A DNA stretch of 63,768 nucleotides, counting the filler. It is 4 parts of 4 records of this genome, joined end to end, with 100 filler letters (N's around TTAATTAATTAA, not from the genome) between each part and the next. Parts side by side here need not be neighbours in the genome. Positions count along the whole stretch, not along the records: positions 44,801 to 59,756 come from SRR20825010_1311; positions 59,857 to 63,768 come from SRR20825010_1458; 2 more parts are not named here. One strand, given 5' to 3'. Under the pieces are notes generated by a model that worked only from the letters and a program-made list of their open reading frames with translations, was not told the DNA's origin and made no database searches. Every line of letters begins with the position of its first letter. Position 1 is the first letter of the stretch. Below, piece by piece: positions 57,261 to 63,768 of the stretch. Position numbers and translations under genes: made by a program.

Positions 57261-58676
57261 TCAGGGCAGGAACAGAGACCCCTGATCCTCTACCCAGGCT
57301 TCCGGCACACTGCCTTCACGGATACGCTGCGGGTGGTCGCCCACATCCACCCGCGCCACTTCCTTGCCACTGGCATAGTTAAAGACGGACATCTGGTCGG
57401 TGCCGCTCCAGGACACATAACAGTGGTTACCGTCCTTGCTGGTGGTCACCCAATACGGTTTTTCGCCAATGCCGGTTTTCAATTCGTAGGAGAAATCGTC
57501 ACGGTTCACCAGCGCCACATAGTCACTCATGGTACCGGCCACACAGAAGGTACTGTCGTCTGCACTCAGGGCGATACCGTGGTGGGCGGAATCGTTCACA
57601 TAGGTTTCCCGGGTCACCAGTGGACCGGTCAGGTCCGGCAACTCGGCCAGACGCAGCACTTTCTGCTCTTCCATGTCGTACTCGATAAAGCCGTGCAGAA
57701 AAGACAGCTGGAAGTAGAAATAACGCTCATCTGCCGTGTGGGCCATGGGCCGCACCGCGGTGCTCAGGTTGCCATAACCGGCAGCCTCCAGATCCGCTTC
57801 CAGATCCAGCGTTTTGAGAATCTCCAGACTGTCGGCATCCACCACCTGAAACACCCGCTCGCCCTTGGTCGCGTCCAACAGGTTCTTGCCCAATAGAGCG
57901 TCGGTGACGCCGCCGAGCAGTTCGCTGTCCAGCGGGGTGTACACGGTACCGATACTGGCGTGATAAATGCGCTTGCCGTCCTCGGAATAAATATTTTCGT
58001 GGGGCGAGTCACCGGACGGGAACTTGCCCTGCTCTTCACCGGTTTCCACATCGAGAATATGGACCACATTGCCGGTGGAAGCTGACACGGCCACCTGGGT
58101 GCCATCCGGAGACAATGCCATGTGATCGGAGCGGTAGCCGTCCACCTCAAAACGCCAGACCACGTTACCGGTGGCAATATCAATGGCGGCCACATCCGCA
58201 TAGCTGGGCCGGGAGACGATCAGCAGGCGGCCGTCATTGGAGCTGTACATATCATCCACGTACTGGTGATGACCTTCGCCAATCAACACGCGGATGCCCT
58301 GGAAAAACACCAGATCCACGGGGTTCATGGCAATCGCCCGCTCCCGCTCGGCCTGGTCCGGTATGCCATTGATGCGCCCCAGCCGCGTGTAGGTATTGGC
58401 GTCGATCACATCGACCATGCCTTCCCAGTTATTGCCCACGAAAATCACCTTGCGCGGGCCATCAGGTTCGGCAGCCGGGTTATCAGGGGATGCGTCCGCC
58501 GGCGCTTCCGGCTCCGCCACCTCCCGCTCTGCTTCCTGCGCCGGGCTATTGGCGGCGGGCGCATCACTACTGCCTCCCCCACCACACCCTGACACCAGCA
58601 AGGCGGCACTCAAGGCGATAGCACCCAAAGCACGGGGAAAGAACGGGATCTCGAAAACCGGTTGGCGCAGCAGCAT
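57261..58676 (-). CDS. YncE/YVTN-type beta-propeller lipoprotein
   Basis: LVSGC lipobox, acidic Pro/Ala linker, FVGNNWEG.VDVID, LSPDG, VGDHPQR blade repeats. Confidence 0.85.
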   Translation of the reverse strand: MLLRQPVFEIPFFPRALGAIALSAALLVSGCGGGGSSDAPAANSPAQEAEREVAEPEAPADASPDNPAAEPDGPRKVIFVGNNWEGMVDVIDANTYTRLGRINGIPDQAERERAIAMNPVDLVFFQGIRVLIGEGHHQYVDDMYSSNDGRLLIVSRPSYADVAAIDIATGNVVWRFEVDGYRSDHMALSPDGTQVAVSASTGNVVHILDVETGEEQGKFPSGDSPHENIYSEDGKRIYHASIGTVYTPLDSELLGGVTDALLGKNLLDATKGERVFQVVDADSLEILKTLDLEADLEAAGYGNLSTAVRPMAHTADERYFYFQLSFLHGFIEYDMEEQKVLRLAELPDLTGPLVTRETYVNDSAHHGIALSADDSTFCVAGTMSDYVALVNRDDFSYELKTGIGEKPYWVTTSKDGNHCYVSWSGTDQMSVFNYASGKEVARVDVGDHPQRIREGSVPEAWVEDQGSLFLP

Positions 58677-58789
58677 GGCGATTCCTCAATAAGCCTGTTG
58701 TTGTGTATATAGAGCTGTCGATATATCGCTGCCCACAGACTAATTGAGACTGACGTACAACCTAAATGCACTTTCCTTGTCGTTATGTA

Positions 58790-58892
58790 ACGTATTACGC
58801 CGGATGCCTAACGCCTGACACAAAAAAACCGCCGCGAGCTCGTGGCTCGCGACGGTTTTCGTGTTGCGTGCGGCGTGAAGCGTGCGGCGTCG
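58790..58892. repeat. argG terminator hairpin flanked by inverted heptamer arrays
   Basis: ACGTATT ACGCCGG ATGCCTA ACGCCTG ACAC-AAAAAAACCG CCGCGAGC..GCTCGCG ACGGTTTT..GCGTGCG GCGTGAA GCGTGCG GCGT. Confidence 0.65.
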
Positions 58893-58894
58893 CT

Positions 58895-59756
<862 letters not shown>

Positions 59757-59856
59757 NNNNNNNNNNNNNNNNNNNNNNNNNNNNNNNNNNNNNNNNNNNN
59801 TTAATTAATTAANNNNNNNNNNNNNNNNNNNNNNNNNNNNNNNNNNNNNNNNNNNN
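59757..59856. other. Artificial contig spacer
   Basis: N-run, TTAATTAATTAA, N-run. Confidence 0.99.
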
Positions 59857-60321
59857 GTATACATATGTGAGTCAATCTGGGTCTGCCAATAGATGATGCT
59901 AACAGATTCTAGCTGGCCGGGTCCAGATATACCAGTCACTAATTCTTAAGCTTGAGCCGCAAATATCAGGACTTTTTCCGCTTAGGATGGATCTGATATG
60001 ATTTTATTAATGGTGAATGAGGATTCGTTTGTTTAGATGTCAGCTTGCTGAAGCGGGTCAGCTGACTTTTCAACCCGGATTGATACTGTGATTCCCAGAC
60101 AGATTTCAGCTTTATTTGCATCGATTGTCTCTCATCAAGCTTACAAACTGTATTTGAACTGGCTGACGGCTGTGATCTGTTTACTGGTTCGTTTTCCTGA
60201 GAGTGCTGCGTTATAATGATGGTATACGTATTCCGGTTATCATCTGAAGTTCGGATCACAACATATATTGAAACCAGTTCTGGTAAAATGTCTGTTTAAT
60301 TGAGAGGTAAATTAGTAGCCT

Positions 60322-60618
60322 ATGCCTACTTATGTTTATGAAGTAGTTCTCCCGGATGGTACAGCAGGAGAACGGTTTGAAGTGATACAGCGAATGAGTG
60401 ATCCATTTTTGACGACTCATCCGGAGACAGGTGAACCAGTCCGCAAAGTGATCACGGCTGCATTTTTTTCAGGTAAGTGGTCGGACGCTCAAGCGAAACA
60501 GACAATCAATGATGACAAACGTCTGGGCGAACTCGGGTTTACCAAATATGTGAAATCATCCAAAGGCACTTATGAAAAAAGAGCCGGCGATGGCCCGGAC
60601 CTCATTTCAGCAGATTGA
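60322..60618 (+). CDS. FmdB-family zinc-ribbon-like protein lacking cysteines
   Basis: MPTYVYE..FEVIQRMSD..LTTHPETG..VRKVI pattern; no Cys; GAGG upstream. Confidence 0.75.
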   Translation: MPTYVYEVVLPDGTAGERFEVIQRMSDPFLTTHPETGEPVRKVITAAFFSGKWSDAQAKQTINDDKRLGELGFTKYVKSSKGTYEKRAGDGPDLISAD

Positions 60619-60703
60619 CCCTCGGTGGAAATGAGATCCTGAATGCTTGACAATGATATCGAGCTTGCAGAGAGATTCAGTGGTTGAAGAGGAAAAGGTT
60701 GTC

Positions 60704-61513
60704 ATGAAATCAAAAAATCAGAATTTGGTTCTTGGGTTATTTTTAATAGCCGGAATTATTTTGCGACTCAACGGAGAGACTCTATCTGCAGCATCTGTTG
60801 AGAAGTCTGAGTATTCCAATACTCAATGTGAGGGAACTTATCCCCATCATCTACAGGGGCTCTGTGTTGATGGACAGGGAAATATTTTCTGGAGCTTCAC
60901 AACCGAACTGGTGAAAACCAACTCTTCTGGAAAAGTCCTGGTCAAGATTCCCGTGGGAAATCACCATGGAGATCTGTGTTACCATGCAGGAAAAGTTTTC
61001 GTTGCGGTGAATTTCGGCGAGTTCAATAATCCCGCAGGAAAAGCAGATTCCTGGGTTTATGTCTATGATGCGGAAAAGCTGTTATTGATTGCCAAACATC
61101 AGACTCCCGAAGTTACTTTTGGAGCAGGAGGAATTGCCTGTCATGCCGACCGGTTTCTCGTAGTGGGAGGCTTACCCAAAGGCGTCAACGAAAATTATCT
61201 CTATGAGTATGATTCCAGCTTTAAATTCCTCAAGAAGCATATCTTGAAAAGTGGATATACGTTGATGGGGATCCAGACGGCGTGCTTTGCCGATGACCAG
61301 TGGTGGTTTGGTTGCTACGGTTCCCAACTGCTCAAGGCTGATGCAAATTTCAAGTTTTCAGCAAAATATGACCTGGACTGTGCTCTTGGAATCGATCAAG
61401 TCACTGACAAGCTGCTGTTGGTCGGTCGCAATACTAAGAATGGTAAACAGTACACGGGTGAGGCACTCCTGGCAGTTCCTGATGCTGACAAAGGTTTCGT
61501 GATCCGTAAATAA
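60704..61513 (+). CDS. Hypothetical secreted protein, probable beta-propeller
   Basis: Signal peptide, YPHHLQG, HHGDL, GAGGIA, GIQTA short beta-rich repeats. Confidence 0.7.
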   Translation: MKSKNQNLVLGLFLIAGIILRLNGETLSAASVEKSEYSNTQCEGTYPHHLQGLCVDGQGNIFWSFTTELVKTNSSGKVLVKIPVGNHHGDLCYHAGKVFVAVNFGEFNNPAGKADSWVYVYDAEKLLLIAKHQTPEVTFGAGGIACHADRFLVVGGLPKGVNENYLYEYDSSFKFLKKHILKSGYTLMGIQTACFADDQWWFGCYGSQLLKADANFKFSAKYDLDCALGIDQVTDKLLLVGRNTKNGKQYTGEALLAVPDADKGFVIRK

Positions 61514-61557
61514 CCGGGTGTAACTGAAACTCAAAAGTAAAGTAGCGATCATGGAAA

Positions 61558-63036
61558 CTATCGATTACCACCACCTCCCTGGAGGTTTGAGGCTGCCAGT
61601 CCAAACAGGGCACCCTCAAGCAGATGTTTCTCAATGAATGCACCGATGGCCTCTGATTTAGTGTATTGCAGGATGACGTAGTCGCCGGGCTGAATTAAAA
61701 CCCGCTGACTGGGAGTCCTCACTGCTTCATAGAGATCCACTTTGATCGGCAGCTGCGTTCCATTAGGCAGTTGTCTCAGGATGATGGCGTTACTCGCACT
61801 GATGGTGACATCCTGGTTTAAGGCAGATGGGCCTCCGGCAGACTTGTTGTTTCCGCCGTTTCGCGATGCCTGAGCAATCGAAATTGCTCCCAGAATGTCC
61901 AGATCATAATCACGGGGTAAAGTGTATTGCCCACCACCCAGTAAGCCGCCTGTATAAAATATTTCCGTATCTCGTGATTCGATAAAGACCACGTCGCCGT
62001 CATGTAGAATTATTTCATCACGCGTAAGATGTACCTGTTCTCCGGGACTCAGACGAATGGGAATTTTAATGATTCCCGAGCGTTGCATGGTGGAGTCGTT
62101 GATGATGGTCGGTGCCATGAAGTCGCTCGAATTAAAACTCCCGTCACTGGAATAGAGAGGCTGACCGACTTCAAATTCCGGGTCTGCGGGAGTTGGCGAA
62201 TAGTGCGGAATCGGAGTGTAGGAATCGGAGACCTGCTGAATCTTCTGTACTGAATCAGAGTTGTCTGATGTATGAGTGCCAGTCTGGATGGGTTGTGGGC
62301 ACAGGGGCTGATTCATCCCATGCGCCCCCCCTCGGATGATATAAATGGAGTTTTCTGCGTCCAGCCCGGGCAGACCTCCAGTTTCCGCGAGCGCATGCAG
62401 TACGTCATTATTATAAGCAGGGAGATTGATGACCCGCCCAGTGCCTCGTTTCGATCTTCCTACGTTCAGATTACCAATGGTGGTACCTACGTTATCGTTT
62501 GAGTTTTCCTGGCGGATGACAAGTACTCGATAAGATCGAGGTTTTTGCAGGCTGATCAGGATACGATCGCGGCCTTCCCGCAGAATACTTTTTTCAGTGG
62601 TGTATTTGCGGCGAATGGTTTCTTCCAGTTGTGTCAGCGTCAACCCTCGAGCAGAGATGGTTCCGATGAGTGGTAGAGAAATCGTACCATCTTCACGAAT
62701 CGGAATCGGATAGCCGAGTGAGGGGGCAACCTCTTGTGTCTGTGGAAAGTGGACGGGAGGTGCATCTTTAACCTGTCCCAGGACACCCTCAATATAGACA
62801 CCCAGGACGTCGCCTGAATCTAACAGATAATGTTTGGGGGCAGGCTGACGCAGTAGAGACAGATCGATGGTTTCCTTTCCCGACCGAATTTCCCCTTTAT
62901 ACTCTGTAGGCAGATATTGAGCGGGGACTCCTTTCAGAGGATGAATCGCAGCGCAACCATTGAACAGCACGGACAACCAGAGAACACAGCAGATGTGCCA
63001 CTTGTATGCAGATATTAGTTTCCGATACTTTTGCAT
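61558..63036 (-). CDS. Wza-like polysaccharide export family lipoprotein (planctomycete type)
   Basis: FNGC lipobox, YLLDSGDVLGVYIEG, IREDGTISLPLIG, ALAETGGLPG, IQPGD; start uncertain (up to 63156). Confidence 0.85.
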   Translation of the reverse strand: MQKYRKLISAYKWHICCVLWLSVLFNGCAAIHPLKGVPAQYLPTEYKGEIRSGKETIDLSLLRQPAPKHYLLDSGDVLGVYIEGVLGQVKDAPPVHFPQTQEVAPSLGYPIPIREDGTISLPLIGTISARGLTLTQLEETIRRKYTTEKSILREGRDRILISLQKPRSYRVLVIRQENSNDNVGTTIGNLNVGRSKRGTGRVINLPAYNNDVLHALAETGGLPGLDAENSIYIIRGGAHGMNQPLCPQPIQTGTHTSDNSDSVQKIQQVSDSYTPIPHYSPTPADPEFEVGQPLYSSDGSFNSSDFMAPTIINDSTMQRSGIIKIPIRLSPGEQVHLTRDEIILHDGDVVFIESRDTEIFYTGGLLGGGQYTLPRDYDLDILGAISIAQASRNGGNNKSAGGPSALNQDVTISASNAIILRQLPNGTQLPIKVDLYEAVRTPSQRVLIQPGDYVILQYTKSEAIGAFIEKHLLEGALFGLAASNLQGGGGNR

Positions 63037-63152
63037 TCTGATCGAACCTTTAAACTCGACGATTGCGTGTTTAATTTCTAACGACATCCTGTCGGTCATT
63101 TCCCTACTCTGATTCCTGTGGAACAAGTTTTGTTTTTCTGAAAAATCATGTC

Positions 63153-63768
63153 TCACCGTCTGTCTCGATAGTTGGGCAGTTTGTCAGCGGTAGAAAAACG
63201 CTGCAGGTTCGAGTAATGGATTTGTTCTATCTGACGCATATCGCGAACCCCTGCCGATGCTGGTGCATCAGGCAATGGCGTATAAGGATATGACTGTAAT
63301 GTATAAGGGCTCGGAGGTGGATCATCATTGATGTATGGTGGTATTACAGGCTGCAGGGGAGCAGTAGTTTCCGGTCGCACTGTCGGCGTCTCAATCACAG
63401 CAGGAGGCTTGGGAGCTGTGACAGGAGGTTGTTTGCGTATTTCTGGTTGAGGAAGCACTGGTTTGGCGGGTGTAGAATATCCTTGCGGAGCCGGAGGTGG
63501 CGGCAAGGGGAGATGGTGCTGCGGAAGAGTCTGTTGTTGTCCGGGTTGGCTTACAGACGGCTGCGGTAATTTGAATTCCTGAGGCTCCGGGCGAGGGGGA
63601 GGATTAATGATGGAAGCCGGGGGAGCCGTCTGTGGTTGTGAATGAACTTCTGGCAGCGGTTCAGAAGGATAGACAGTACCAGAGTCTGTGTATTCCGCTA
63701 CAGGCTGGTTCCAGTCGTTTAGAGAATAAGGAGTCGCGATATTGTCATAATCATACCGTCCCCCAGAA
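63153..63768 (-). CDS. Proline-rich low-complexity protein, C-terminal part (5' truncated by window edge)
   Basis: The frame is open from the window end to the stop at 63153 by hand translation; Pro/Gln-rich. Confidence 0.7.
   Translation of the reverse strand, partial: SGGRYDYDNIATPYSLNDWNQPVAEYTDSGTVYPSEPLPEVHSQPQTAPPASIINPPPRPEPQEFKLPQPSVSQPGQQQTLPQHHLPLPPPPAPQGYSTPAKPVLPQPEIRKQPPVTAPKPPAVIETPTVRPETTAPLQPVIPPYINDDPPPSPYTLQSYPYTPLPDAPASAGVRDMRQIEQIHYSNLQRFSTADKLPNYRDRR

Noticed and set aside
59966-60259. 97-aa minus-strand ORF in the AT-rich start of contig 4
   Set aside because: No motif or clear RBS; likely spurious

Overview
This window is not one genome. It joins four contigs with artificial 100-nt spacers (N-run, TTAATTAATTAA, N-run) at 29510-29609, 44701-44800 and 59757-59856. 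Contig 1 (1-29509) and contig 3 (44801-59756) look like a marine hydrocarbon-degrading gammaproteobacterium (Alcanivorax-like; inferred). They carry iron-uptake genes with Fur-like boxes, Kef, ggt-coaD, a laoABCR-type long-chain alcohol oxidation cluster, rsmE, two classes of gloA, rhlE, a Pra-like protein, lpxO, mscS, sat, rimB-rimK and argG. Contig 2 (29610-44700) looks alphaproteobacterial (Parvibaculum-like; inferred). It has an MFS transporter, a long-form pstSCAB, a phosphate porin with Pho boxes, a DUF1302/DUF1329 pair, then lower-GC Mrr-type and PD-(D/E)xK nuclease genes. Contig 4 (59857-63768) looks planctomycete, with a Cys-less FmdB-like protein and a Wza-like lipoprotein. Best leads: (1) a four-gene small-GTPase cassette (pseudo-receiver/wHTH protein with a C-terminal amphipathic helix, an MglA-type GTPase with an altered G4 motif, and two roadblock proteins) sitting between coaD and lao; (2) a family of intergenic fold-back elements bounded by inverted heptamer arrays, two copies sharing a conserved core; (3) an RHH protein plus a 35-aa Lys-rich peptide, both missed by the ORF track; (4) an HTH protein with a histone-H1-like tail; (5) a candidate two-nuclease defence locus. 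No CRISPR array, tRNA, rRNA, transposase or integrase was recognised. All protein calls come from motif recognition by eye, not database searches.
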